Source: Desulfosudaceae bacterium
Lineage (GTDB): Bacteria; Desulfobacterota; Desulfobacteria; Desulfobacterales; Desulfosudaceae
Assembly (NCBI GenBank): GCA_963674745.2
Contig: CAXXDV010000001.1
Location: 1,472,001 to 1,536,000, forward strand
DNA: 64,000 nt
Direction of reading: 5' to 3'
Position numbers and translations under genes: made by a program. Of the stretch, positions 10,159 to 20,050 are shown in pieces. Numbering within the stretch: the first letter of the stretch is position 1; each line of letters opens with the position of its first letter. Under the pieces are notes generated by a model that did no database searches, was not told the DNA's origin, and saw only the letters and a program-made list of their open reading frames with translations.

Positions 10159-10440
10159 TTATTTCTTCCTATAATCATGGGCGGTAATGTCAATTACCTC
10201 TATGAAGATCATGTCTCTCTCAATTCGATATATTACACGATACTGAAGCCCTAGGCGCGATGAACGGTGGCCAACCCACTGTCCAGAGAGCGACTCATCG
10301 TGAAATCCTTTAATCAGACGTAAACCTTCCGGTCCAGAAATAGCGACAATATCTTTCCATTTTTCATATCGTTTCAGCGTTTCTTGTGGCAGTCGGGGTA
10401 ACTTTCGAGTCGTTTTACGGTGTTCATATATTGTCCACAT
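10159..10440 (-). CDS. RelE/HigB-family mRNA interferase toxin
   Basis: GFHDESLSGQWVGHRSSRLGLQYRVIY; toxin-first order; TTGACA-N17-TATATA at 10475-10447. Confidence 0.85.
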   Translation of the reverse strand: MWTIYEHRKTTRKLPRLPQETLKRYEKWKDIVAISGPEGLRLIKGFHDESLSGQWVGHRSSRLGLQYRVIYRIERDMIFIEVIDITAHDYRKK

Positions 10441-10609
10441 ACTAAATATATACTATATTCTATTTGGTATGTCAAGGCTATTTTTCAGCCTAACGTCTCA
10501 AGCCAATGGCAGCCAGGGCTTCCACTGACTTGGTTAAAGAATTTAATTGTTCAACTCCCCCGACATTTCAAAACCCGAGTGCCCTGGCTGTCCACTTGAG
10601 CTTCTTGGT

Positions 10610-11319
10610 GTGTGCCGGGCACGGCACATGTTCTTAAAAGTGAGCCAAGGCTATCATATATTTGATAATTTTGGCAAGTCTTAGACCCAGCCTGATGGAG
10701 GCGAAGGGTGTAGCGGTAGTGCAACGGGGTACCGGTGACGGTGCTTCGGGAGGAAGCCGCCCTGCTGCGGAAGGGTACCGCGAAGGTACGGGATGACGCA
10801 CAGGAATCGAGTATAAGGCGCGCACGCCGGGACGAGTCTGCACAACAAGGCAAAGTCCTCTATCCATCTTAAGGCGTGTCCGTAAACTCGGCATTTACGT
10901 ACCGAAAGACACGTGCTTACCCCGGGAGATCTCTCCTGTGCCGTACAACGGCTGAGGGTCGGGTAACCGGCCCTGACCGCAGGGGAGAAGTCAGCAGAAG
11001 GCATAGTAGCCGGCGGAAACGAGCCGGGCCTCCCTTAAGCGGGAGAAGTATACCCGGAGGACTCACCCCGGTGAAGGCCGGAACGGTGCCCGGACCGAAT
11101 GGCACGGGTAAATGGTGGTGGCAAGTAAGGGAGTATCTCTTACGGGGATAATGCGGCAGCTGCCGAAATTCACGTAGCGAGCTTTCTCTGAAAACCCGGT
11201 GGAGCTGGTGGGATAACTCACAGCCGGTTTCATCAGTACCAGCCGAACCGCCTTGGTACGTGATCCGTATGCCAGGTGGTGTGGGAGGGGGTAGCCGTGA
11301 GGCTACTCCCTATCCCAAT
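10610..11319 (+). ncRNA. ORF-less group IIC-attC intron, copy 1
   Basis: 5' GTGTGCCGGGCACGGCAC; DV GAACCGCC...GGTGGTGTG; DVI ending CCCAAT; sits at GT|T of attC R'' on the bottom strand; removing it restores GTTGGGGC matching GCCCCAAC. Confidence 0.93.
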
Positions 11320-11334
11320 TGGGGCAAAAAAATA

Positions 11335-11372
11335 TTGACAATTCGCCCTTTATATGTACAATATGCTGTACA
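11335..11372 (+). promoter_or_regulatory. yefM-yoeB promoter and operator
   Basis: TTGACA-N16-TACAAT; two TGTACA palindromes 12 bp apart (11355, 11367), as in E. coli yefM-yoeB. Confidence 0.85.
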
Positions 11373-11384
11373 GGAGGTGATGAA

Positions 11385-11636
11385 ATGGAAGCCATAACCT
11401 ATACAGCAGCAAGACAAAACCTTGCTAAAACAATGGAAAAAGTTTGTCGAGACCGTGCTCCGATGATTGTAACACGGAAGTCCTCGGAATCTGTAGTTAT
11501 TATGTCTCTTGAGGATTTTGAATCCCTTGAAGAGACAGCATATCTATTGCGGTCACCGAAAAACACAAGACGGCTGATTGAATCTATCGTCCAACTCGAA
11601 AATGGCAAAGGAGATGAAAAGGAGCTTATAGAGTGA
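11385..11636 (+). CDS. yefM: YefM antitoxin (cassette, inverted)
   Basis: MEAITYTAARQNLAKTMEKV...SLEETAYLLRSPKN; 83 aa. Confidence 0.93.
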   Translation: MEAITYTAARQNLAKTMEKVCRDRAPMIVTRKSSESVVIMSLEDFESLEETAYLLRSPKNTRRLIESIVQLENGKGDEKELIE

Positions 11637-11887
11637 AGCTCATTTTTTCTGACCATGCCTGGGACGATTACATCTATTGGCAAAAAACGGACAAAAAAAT
11701 TCTTCGCCGTATCAACACCCTCATTAAGGAAACTAAACGCAGCCCTTTTGAGGGTGTTGGCAAACCTGAACCTTTGAAACATGCGCTTTCCGGCTACTGG
11801 TCCAGGCGAATCAATGACGAGCATAGATTCATTTATAAGGTTTCTGATGATGCAATTTTGATTGCTCAATTGAGATACCACTACTGA
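11633..11887 (+). CDS. yoeB: YoeB/Txe toxin
   Basis: AWDDYIYWQ...PFEGVGKPEPLKHALSGYWSRRINDEHR...RYHY. Confidence 0.95.
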   Translation: MKLIFSDHAWDDYIYWQKTDKKILRRINTLIKETKRSPFEGVGKPEPLKHALSGYWSRRINDEHRFIYKVSDDAILIAQLRYHY

Positions 11888-12022
11888 TCTTTCTTGTAGC
11901 CCCAACGGCGGCCGCCAATGGGAGCCAGGGCTTCCACTGACTTGCCTTAAAGTCGGTTAATGTTCGTTTTCCCCCGAATTGTTCAAAACCCGAATGCCCT
12001 GGCGATCCATTGCGCGGCCTTG

Positions 12023-12496
12023 TTAAGCGCCCATTTTCTTAATAGTATTTCGTCTTAATATGAAAAGCGTTTTCAATATAAAGAACAACACAAAGCTGAA
12101 AAAAAATCCGTTGGCTAATAATCCCACTGCAGCAAGTATTTGAGTCCTTTGGTTGAATTGTCTTTGTCCTATTGCATGATCTAATAATGGCTGGTAGATC
12201 CATTTCTGTTGTAAAGGCCTCAAGGCAGGACCAAAAGGTAAAGATAAAACAAACGAAAGATAATATGTGGAACGAATCTCGTTTTTAAAATTAACTTTCA
12301 AATTCTGGATTTCATTTTCTTCGAATTCTGGTTGTTCGATGGATTTTAAAAAAAGAGAGCCAACTTTCTTCCCGGCCAAATTCCCATGATAAATCGATAT
12401 GGAAAGGCTCATCAAAATATGAAGGAAAGCGATTGAGGCAATAATTACTATCTGTTTTGAATTGTATCTCATGTCATGCTTGGGAGCTATTGTCAT
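12023..12496 (-). CDS. Cassette membrane protein, unknown function
   Basis: Fills cassette; stop in R''. Confidence 0.7.
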   Translation of the reverse strand: MTIAPKHDMRYNSKQIVIIASIAFLHILMSLSISIYHGNLAGKKVGSLFLKSIEQPEFEENEIQNLKVNFKNEIRSTYYLSFVLSLPFGPALRPLQQKWIYQPLLDHAIGQRQFNQRTQILAAVGLLANGFFFSFVLFFILKTLFILRRNTIKKMGA

Positions 12497-12512
12497 ATTT
12501 TTGGCGCTTAAC

Positions 12513-12728
12513 GAGTCTGTAGGAAAAGTCTATTTTCGATAAATTTTATCTTTTTTCAGAAAAACACCTTCGTAGAATATATTTTATACTAAAACATAAA
12601 ATCCTTGCAAACCATCTATTTTAGATGGCTTCACAGAGATCATACAAAATCTTATATAACTTTCAGTTTTTCAAAAATTGGCGACAAAACCCTATGTTTT
12701 ACTCAAATTTTACTTTTTCTACAGCCTC
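12513..12728. mobile_element. 216-bp attC-targeting MITE-like element, locus 1
   Basis: TIRs GAGTCTGTAGGAAAAGT / ACTTTTTCTACAGCCTC; flanked by AAC and ATC. Confidence 0.85.
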
Positions 12729-12848
12729 ATCGTCGGAAGCCAGAGGCAGCCAGGGCTTTCTCGGACTGCCTTAATGATGATTAATGTTCATTTCCCCCAG
12801 GTTGCTCAAAATCCGACTGCCCTGGCTGTCCTTTCTGAGCTTCCTGGT

Positions 12849-13558
12849 GTGTGCCGGGCACGGCACATGTTCTTAAAAGTGAGCCAAGGCTATCATATAT
12901 TTGATAATTTTGGCAAGTCTTAGACCCAGCCTGATGGAGGCGAAGGGTGTAGCGGTAGTGCAACGGGGTGCCAGGGACGGTGCTTCGGGAGGAAGCCGCC
13001 CTGCTGCGGCAGGGTACCGCGAAGGTACGGGATGACGCACAGGAATCGAGTATAAGGCGCGCACGCCGGGACGAGCCTGCACCACAAGGCAAAGTCCTCT
13101 ATCCATCTTAAGGCGTGTCCGTAAACTTGGCATTTACGTACCGAAAGACACGTGCTTACCCCGGGAGATCTCTCCTGTGCCGTACAACGGCTGAGGGTCG
13201 GGTAACCGGCCCTGACCGCAGGGGAGAAGTCAGCAGAAGGCATAGTAGCCGGCGGAAACGAGCCGGGCCTCCCTTAAGCGGGAGAAGTATACCCGGAGGA
13301 CTCACCCCGGTGAAGGCCGGAACGGTGCCCGGACCGAATGGCACGGGTAAATGGTGGTGGCAAGTAAGGGAGTATCTCTTACGGGGATAATGCGGCAGCT
13401 GCCGAAATTCACGTAGCGAGCTTTCTCTGAAAACCCGGTGGAACTGGTGGGATAACTCACAGCCGGTTTCATCAGTACCAGCCGAACCGCCTTGGTACGT
13501 GATCCGTATGCCAGGTGGTGTGGGAGGGGGTAGCCGTGAGGCTACTCCCTATCCCAAT
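12849..13558 (+). ncRNA. ORF-less group IIC-attC intron, copy 2
   Basis: Same 710-bp element as 10610-11319 with few substitutions; removal restores GTTAAGCGGC matching GCCGCTTAAC. Confidence 0.93.
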
Positions 13559-14187
13559 TAAGCGGCATGTGGCTTTGGTGGTACGGGTACGCCCAGATGT
13601 CGTGCAGCTATTCGTGCCAAGCGACCGATGTTTTGGTTCGACGATAAGGAGACTTCCCGCAGCAGGGCTGTTGCAGTCTCCGAATTCCCAGAATGGTGAA
13701 GAATAGCAGCGAGAGAGACCCTCCTTCGGGGTGGTGTGAAGCAATCAAGGAGCCCAAGATTCCAGCGCTCAATGATCGAATGACGATCAGATAAATCGGA
13801 AAGGAATGGAAGGACGTTATTCACCAGGGAGGATTCTATCTCTTCCACAGCCTGTTCGAAACTGGACTCAGAGAGTGTCCACCAGTGATCGGTGCCATGC
13901 GGTTCAAGTACTCCAATTCGTGCACGGATCTCACATTCGGGCTCCGCGACAAACTCTGGTGATGCATCTGCGCCTTTTAAAGCCAGTGCAACTTCCGGGA
14001 TATAGACACCGATATTTATCGTGCACCTACCAGGAGGCCTTCTGCTGAGCTGCAGCTCGATTACATGAACGAGTTTCGCAGGAAGCGCGCGGTTGTAGGT
14101 GCGCCCTTTTCTGACAAACCCGTTACTTTGGAAGGTCCGCCCAAGCCGAGTCTGAAGCCGAGTTGCTATCTGTTGATGAGAACCCAT
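13558..14187 (-). CDS. DUF4304-like protein (cassette, visibly higher GC)
   Basis: GFVRKGRTY..VIELQLS..TINIGV..RARIG..DHWW..LPFL pattern. Confidence 0.7.
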   Translation of the reverse strand: MGSHQQIATRLQTRLGRTFQSNGFVRKGRTYNRALPAKLVHVIELQLSRRPPGRCTINIGVYIPEVALALKGADASPEFVAEPECEIRARIGVLEPHGTDHWWTLSESSFEQAVEEIESSLVNNVLPFLSDLSDRHSIIERWNLGLLDCFTPPRRRVSLAAILHHSGNSETATALLREVSLSSNQNIGRLARIAARHLGVPVPPKPHAA

Positions 14188-14343
14188 ATTTGTTCTGATT
14201 CCAACTCCTTCAGCCGCTTAACGTCCGCCACCACCGGCGAGCAGGGGATGCGGACTTCGCTAAAGTGAGTTCAACTCTAAATTACGCCAAAGCTAAAAAC
14301 AGCCCGCCCCTGCGAGTCAGCGTGGGTGGCGTTGTTAGAAACA

Positions 14344-14934
14344 TTATTTAAATCCTAATACCAAAACAACAAATTCCTTGTGATCTTCAAGCAGTTCTAT
14401 GAATGGAATAATATTTTGATCCTCGAATTTAAAAGGTAACCGGCGTTCGTAATTATTTTTTCTTGGAATTTCCATTGTTATACTTAGGAGCGTTGAATTT
14501 AATGGTTTATAAACCATGTCTGGCAAATTGATAGTTACTGAACTTTCAGCCAAATTAATCACTTTTGCTGTTTCCCAATTTATTAAAAACTCGGTACCAT
14601 AATTAAAACCTTTTGGAACATGAATATCTGTACTGTCGGCTGCAAAAACTGCGTATCCTAGGGGGTATTTATTTTTCAACTCATTTTCTTGTATTTCTTT
14701 ACGCGAAAGGTCTTGCTGGAAGTAATTGTTGATTGTTATTTGATTAGCTGTGATTCCGCCTTGTTGTTCTTTTGAGTTCACAATATTCTCAGCAATGAAA
14801 GCTTTAGGTTCTTTCATAGAGACTGTAGAATTATTCTCGCTCTTATTGGGCATAATATGCCAGCCATAGCCAGCCAGGACACCACCAAGAAGGATCAATA
14901 ACCCGCCAATTATTATGTAAGCCCAAGCATGCAT
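14344..14934 (-). CDS. Cassette protein with N-terminal TM anchor
   Basis: Fills cassette. Confidence 0.7.
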   Translation of the reverse strand: MHAWAYIIIGGLLILLGGVLAGYGWHIMPNKSENNSTVSMKEPKAFIAENIVNSKEQQGGITANQITINNYFQQDLSRKEIQENELKNKYPLGYAVFAADSTDIHVPKGFNYGTEFLINWETAKVINLAESSVTINLPDMVYKPLNSTLLSITMEIPRKNNYERRLPFKFEDQNIIPFIELLEDHKEFVVLVLGFK

Positions 14935-15075
14935 GATATTTTTATCCTACTCCGGTTTCTAACGTCTGCAGCCAAAGTAGCCAGGGCTTCCAGTGACTGC
15001 CTTTAAGATGGTTGATGTTCAATTTCCCCCGAATGTTCAAAAACCGAATGCCCTGGCTATCATTTGGGCTGCTTG

Positions 15076-15771
15076 GTTAAGTGCCCGCATTATTCTGAAA
15101 GACTTTAACGACAGCATGGGCAAATAAATTAAATTATTTTTTTTCTTTTTACGCCTTGTCCATCATGAACCTATGAAAACGGGCCGGTCTCTTTTCATCC
15201 GGACAAATATGGCGCATTATCATTCGGCAGCGCCAGTTCGAGATTACAATTTATCTTTACTGGACAAAAATATCAACTTGGTGACAATTACAATTTTGGC
15301 AACGAATATCGATTTCAGCCAAAATTCTTTTTTTATTTGTTTCCCGTACAGATTCAGTGCACTTAACGTCTGCAGCCAAAGTAGCCAGGGCTTCCAGTGA
15401 CTGACTTTAAGGTGGTTGATGTTCAATTTCCCCCGAATGATCAAAACCCTAATGCCCTGGCTATCATTTGGGCTGCTTGGTTAAGTGCCCGTATCATTCA
15501 GAAAGGCTTTAACGACAGCATGGACAAAATAATAAAATGATTTTTTCTTTTTACGACTTGCCCATCATGAACCTATGAAAACGGGCAGGTCACTTTTCAT
15601 CCGGACAAATAAAGGCGCATTATCATCTGGCCGCGCCAGTTCAAAAATACAATTTATCGTTACTGACCGAAAAATTCAACTTGGTGACAATTACCATTTT
15701 GGCAACGAATATCGTTTTCAGCCAAAATTCATTTTTTTATTTTTTCCCCGTAAAGAATTTGTGCACTTAAC
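15076..15771 (-). repeat. Gene-less cassette family A, copies 1-2 (bodies 15076-15367, 15480-15771)
   Basis: ~290-bp body bounded by GTTAAGTGC...GCACTTAAC; no conserved ORF. Confidence 0.85.
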
Positions 15772-15819
15772 GTCCGCCACCACCGGCGAGCAGGGTTTGC
15801 GGACTTTTTAAGGGTTAGT

Positions 15820-16407
15820 TCAACACCACACTATGCTAAAACTAAGGCAGGCCGCCCCTGCGAGTCCGTGTGAGTGGCGTTGTTGTGCAGCCGCATTAAC
15901 TTTTTTAAAAATTATACTATAGATTTCTATACCAATCGATTTGGCTTGGCTTTGTATGCTCTCTTTAATATTTTCGTACATATGATTTGAATAGTTGCAA
16001 TCGCTTTCCTGTCCCTCAGCGATTTGTGCAATCTTATCAGTTTCAATGTTCTTTAGCGCCTTTTGAAATTTATCTGAGAGACTATCTAAAACTATTTTTA
16101 TGTCTTTATCTCGAGTGGCATAATAAAAAGCCTTTGGCTCTTGGATTTTCCAGAGAATAGAAGCAGTATATTCAGGAAAACTGTTTAATTTTATCGGTAT
16201 TTGTTCAATTCTGCATACTTTAAATTCATGAACGTTTTCGGCAAAAGGTAATTTAAAATGAAGCCCGGGTTTAACAGGGCCTCTAACTATTTCTCCCTTT
16301 TGAGTAATGATAGCTTCACTACCTTCCATCACAGTGTAAACCGGTGAACCTGACCCACAAGCATAAAGAGTTAAGCACGGAATTAAGATTAATAATATTT
16401 TTCGCAT
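15820..16407 (-). CDS. SPFH/HflC-like lipoprotein (cassette; stop inside attC)
   Basis: LYAC lipobox; EAIITQKG..PGLHFKLPF; W.I.EP..FY. Confidence 0.7.
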   Translation of the reverse strand: MRKILLILIPCLTLYACGSGSPVYTVMEGSEAIITQKGEIVRGPVKPGLHFKLPFAENVHEFKVCRIEQIPIKLNSFPEYTASILWKIQEPKAFYYATRDKDIKIVLDSLSDKFQKALKNIETDKIAQIAEGQESDCNYSNHMYENIKESIQSQAKSIGIEIYSIIFKKVNAAAQQRHSHGLAGAACLSFSIVWC

Positions 16408-16544
16408 AGAATACCGTTTTATGCTGCACAACGTCCGCCACCACCTGCGAGCAGGGAATGCGGTCTTCGCTAAAGTGAGTTTAACACCAAACTACGCCAA
16501 AGCCAAAAACAGCCCACCCCTGCGAGTCTGTGTGAGTGGCGTTG

Positions 16545-16766
16545 TTATACCTTTTCTCTTTTTTTCTTTAAAGTCGCTAATGAATTCACTATTGCTGCTA
16601 CAAGAAAGACGCCGCTTAGAAACAGCAATATTGGACATGAAATCATGACGAATTTCTCAGCAGGTGAATTGGGTACGACAGAAATGGAGGAAATTACAAG
16701 AAAGGGAATAAAACAAAGGAAGAAACCCGCCCAAAAGGAATGCTGCTTATGTTTCCCTGATTCCAT
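16545..16766 (-). CDS. Small membrane protein (two-ORF cassette, duplicated at 49.6 kb)
   Basis: 2 TM helices; stop in R''. Confidence 0.6.
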   Translation of the reverse strand: MESGKHKQHSFWAGFFLCFIPFLVISSISVVPNSPAEKFVMISCPILLFLSGVFLVAAIVNSLATLKKKREKV

Positions 16767-16796
16767 ATATTAAACCTTTTCAAATGTATAAAACAT

Positions 16797-16973
16797 TCAT
16801 CCAAAACAAGATAACATTAAAACAACCCCATGACACGCAAAACCACCAATCAGGAATTTAATGGCGCTTGGCCTTTTCTGATCATTTATTTGTTCTAAAA
16901 GGACTTCTGCAATTCCAATAAATTCTAAAACTATTCCACAGACAGTCAGGATTATAACAAAAGGTATATCCAT
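16797..16973 (-). CDS. Small membrane peptide, 58 aa (MDIPFVIILTVCG...)
   Basis: Translated by hand; first ORF of the cassette; repeated at 49868-50044. Confidence 0.45.
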   Translation of the reverse strand: MDIPFVIILTVCGIVLEFIGIAEVLLEQINDQKRPSAIKFLIGGFACHGVVLMLSCFG

Positions 16974-17106
16974 ATTCTTTTAGGTCGGTATAACGTTTGC
17001 AGCCAAAGTAGCCAGGGCTTCCAGTGACTGACTTTAAGGTGGTTGACGTTCAATTTCCCCCGAATGTTCAAAACCCGAATGCCCTGGCTATCATTTGGGC
17101 TGCTTG

Positions 17107-17400
17107 GTTAAGTGCCCGCATTATTCAGAAAGACTTTAACGACAGCATGGGCAAATAAAATAAAATGATATTTTTCTTTTTACGCCTTGTCCATCATGAA
17201 CTTATGAAAACGGGTAGGTCTCTTTTCATCCGGACAAATAAAGGCGCATTATCATTTGGCCACGCCAGTTCGAAATTACAATTTATCTTTACTGGACAAA
17301 AATATCAACTTGGTGACAATTACCATTTTGGCAACGAATGGCGATTTCAGCCAAAATTCTTTTTTTTATTTTTTCCACGTACAGATTTAGTGCACTTAAC
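17107..17400 (-). repeat. Gene-less cassette family A, copy 3
   Basis: Same body. Confidence 0.85.
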
Positions 17401-17511
17401 GTCCACCGTCACTTGGGAGCAGGGGAAACGTGACTTTTGCAACGCCACGTTAACACCGAACCAGAATACATTAAAAGCAGCGCGCCCCTGCGAGTCAAGT
17501 GCATGGTGTTG

Positions 17512-17904
17512 TTAGGCAGCATTTCCTTTTTTAGAAGCCAAAACTCCGAGTCCGCCGATTAAGGCTACCAGACTCCAAACATAAGGCGCTGGAGTTTCCC
17601 ACATGACATTGCTGCCCCAGAGGCCGAGCCCTATTCCAAGGCAAGCAAAGCCTGCACTCATACCTGTGGCAACAACTGCCATCGCGACATGGCCTGGTCT
17701 GATAGATGCGTACACATACATAATGATAATGGCAGCAACGGATACTGAACCCACATGCCACGAGAAGTGATGTAACCAGATTACTTCATTAGGTATATCG
17801 GTCATGGAGAGGGGCGGTAGCACCATCGGTGCGCCAAGAAACTCATGTCCAACAACGCCAGCGAATGATAGTGCTGCTGCAATGCGAAAAAACCAGAATG
17901 ACAT
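17512..17904 (-). CDS. 4-TM cassette membrane protein
   Basis: GHEFLG and WHVGS motifs; AGGAG RBS. Confidence 0.75.
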   Translation of the reverse strand: MSFWFFRIAAALSFAGVVGHEFLGAPMVLPPLSMTDIPNEVIWLHHFSWHVGSVSVAAIIIMYVYASIRPGHVAMAVVATGMSAGFACLGIGLGLWGSNVMWETPAPYVWSLVALIGGLGVLASKKGNAA

Positions 17905-17934
17905 ATTACATACTCCTGCTGATTAATGCCTAAC

Positions 17935-18150
17935 GAGTCTGTAGGAAAAGTCTATTTTCGATAAATTTTATCTTTTTTCAGAAAAACACCTTCGTAGAAT
18001 ATATTTTATACTAAAACATAAAATCCTTGCAAACCATCTATTTTAGATGGCTTCACAGAGATCATACAAAATCTTATATAACTTTCAGGTTTTCAAAAAT
18101 TGGCGGCAAAACCCTATGTTTTACTCAAATTTTACTTTTTCTACAGCCTC
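17935..18150. mobile_element. 216-bp attC-targeting MITE-like element, locus 2
   Basis: AAC[GAGTC...GCCTC]AAC at attC crossover. Confidence 0.88.
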
Positions 18151-18265
18151 AACGTCCGCCACCACCGGCGAGCAGGGTTTGCGGACTTCTTTAAATGTCA
18201 GTTCAACACCACACTATGCCAAAACTAAGGCAGGGCGCCCCTGCGAGTCTGTGTGAGTGGCGTTG

Positions 18266-18601
18266 TTATAATCCATTTGTATTTATCATTTTTAAGCCCC
18301 CTACAATAAAAAGGATAAACAAAGAAGAAAATAGGGCCAAATAAAAAAATTGGTATCCTCTTAATATTTTGCAATATTTCAAAAGAGTAAGATTGTCTAT
18401 ATCAGTATATTGCTTTTTCCAAATGAATTTATGAAGTTTGTAAATAGTAGGCAGGGAATTGAACATAATATATATCTGCGGGCTCCCAATTGAAACCCAA
18501 GTATCATCATGTGACTGCCTCAGAATTGTGATTGTTTTCCATCTGAAGTATTCACCAAACAATAAAATAACTATCAAAATTATTATGATCAGATCTATCA
18601 T
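18266..18601 (-). CDS. Cassette membrane protein
   Basis: Fills cassette. Confidence 0.65.
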   Translation of the reverse strand: MIDLIIIILIVILLFGEYFRWKTITILRQSHDDTWVSIGSPQIYIMFNSLPTIYKLHKFIWKKQYTDIDNLTLLKYCKILRGYQFFYLALFSSLFILFIVGGLKMINTNGL

Positions 18602-18746
18602 TGATTTGGATTATAACGGCTGCCGCCAATGGGAGCCAGGGCTTCCACTGACTTGCCTTAATATTGGTTAAAGTTTGTTTTCCCCCGAATGGTCAAAATC
18701 CGGGTGCCCTGGCTCTCCTTTGGGCGGCATGGTTATGCGGGTTTTT

Positions 18747-19061
18747 TTATTCACCATTTTTGATTGCCTGCTTAATAATTGGAGCGACTGTATCTGGGCT
18801 TATCCTCCGGTCTTTGCAATATTTAGACTGCAACCAGACTGATAATTGCTTCTGTCCTTTACTTGCATTGCAACCTCGACAGCAAAGAACAATATTTTCT
18901 CTTGTAATAATTTTCGCATCATTGATTATATGTTCCCAACTTGCAGCAGATTTTGCAGATATCTTTGCTGGGGTAAATTCAACGCCGCAATAAACACACT
19001 TTTTATCCCTTTCCCTTACTTCCTTTTCAAGCCACTCTGGAATATTCCAATTATTTGCCAT
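18747..19061 (-). CDS. HNH endonuclease-like protein (cassette)
   Basis: VRERDKKCVYCG...WEHII...NIVLCCRGCNASKG. Confidence 0.85.
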   Translation of the reverse strand: MANNWNIPEWLEKEVRERDKKCVYCGVEFTPAKISAKSAASWEHIINDAKIITRENIVLCCRGCNASKGQKQLSVWLQSKYCKDRRISPDTVAPIIKQAIKNGE

Positions 19062-19218
19062 GAGAGATCGATGTATTGTTACGCATAACGTCTTCAGCCA
19101 AAGGGCGCCAGGGCTTCCTCCGACTGACTTAAAGATGGTTAAAATTTCAACTCAGCATGGCTGTTCAAAACCCGGGTGCCCTGGCGATCCTATTGCGCTG
19201 AATTGTTCGGTGCCGATT

Positions 19219-19629
19219 TTAGTTTCCGAAAAACAACTCTTTTGTCTCATAAAGCTTAGAACTATGTTTCCATCCAGACTCATGAGGTGGATCAGGGAAA
19301 GGGGCCTTTGCATAACCACAAGATTCCTTGAAATTAAATACAGCATGTGGAACTTGATTGATCAATAAGGCTGCTGCAGAAAAATCCCTCGTCCATATAA
19401 TTTTAATCATGGATGGTTTATCTCGGTCTATTACATCCTTAACATTGTATATATGTAGAGCATCTACGAAAAATTGACCAGAGAGAGAATAATCTCGCGC
19501 ATAAAAATAGCCTGTCTCACCATCATCTTCAAAGACAACTCCACGAATCCCATCAGATGTATCCGATTCAAGGACGATTTCTTCCCCGACCACGATTTCT
19601 TCTTCTACACCCAAAAATGGTGGCTTCAT
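19219..19629 (-). CDS. DUF2251-like protein (cassette; second copy at 40306)
   Basis: VVFEDDGETGYFYA...DALHIYNV...LLIN..PHAVFNF. Confidence 0.8.
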   Translation of the reverse strand: MKPPFLGVEEEIVVGEEIVLESDTSDGIRGVVFEDDGETGYFYARDYSLSGQFFVDALHIYNVKDVIDRDKPSMIKIIWTRDFSAAALLINQVPHAVFNFKESCGYAKAPFPDPPHESGWKHSSKLYETKELFFGN

Positions 19630-19757
19630 ATTTTATGCACCGAACGTCTGCAGCCAAAGTAGCCAGGGCTTCCAGTGACTGACTTTAAGGTGGTTGATGT
19701 TCAATTTCCCCCGAATGTTCAAAAGCCGAATGCCCTGGCTATCATTTGGGCTGCTTG

Positions 19758-20050
19758 GTTAAGTGCCCGCATTATTCAGAAAGACTTTAACGACAGCATG
19801 GGCAAATAAATAAAATTAATTTTTTTCTTTTTACGCCTTGTCCATCATGAACTTATAAAAACGGGCAGGTCTCTTTTCATCCGGACAAATAAAGGCGCAT
19901 TATCATCTGGCCGCGCCAGTTCGAAATTACAATTTATCTTTACTGGACAAAAATATCAACTTGGTGACAATTATAATTTTGGCAACGAATGTCGAATTCA
20001 GCCAAAATTCTTTTTTTATTTTTTTCTCGTACAAATTCAGTGCACTTAAC
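19758..20050 (-). repeat. Gene-less cassette family A, copy 4
   Basis: Same body. Confidence 0.85.

Noticed and set aside
10551..11151. Short ORFs within the intron as an intron-encoded protein
   Set aside because: No RT motifs such as YADD; they overlap the structured ribozyme domains
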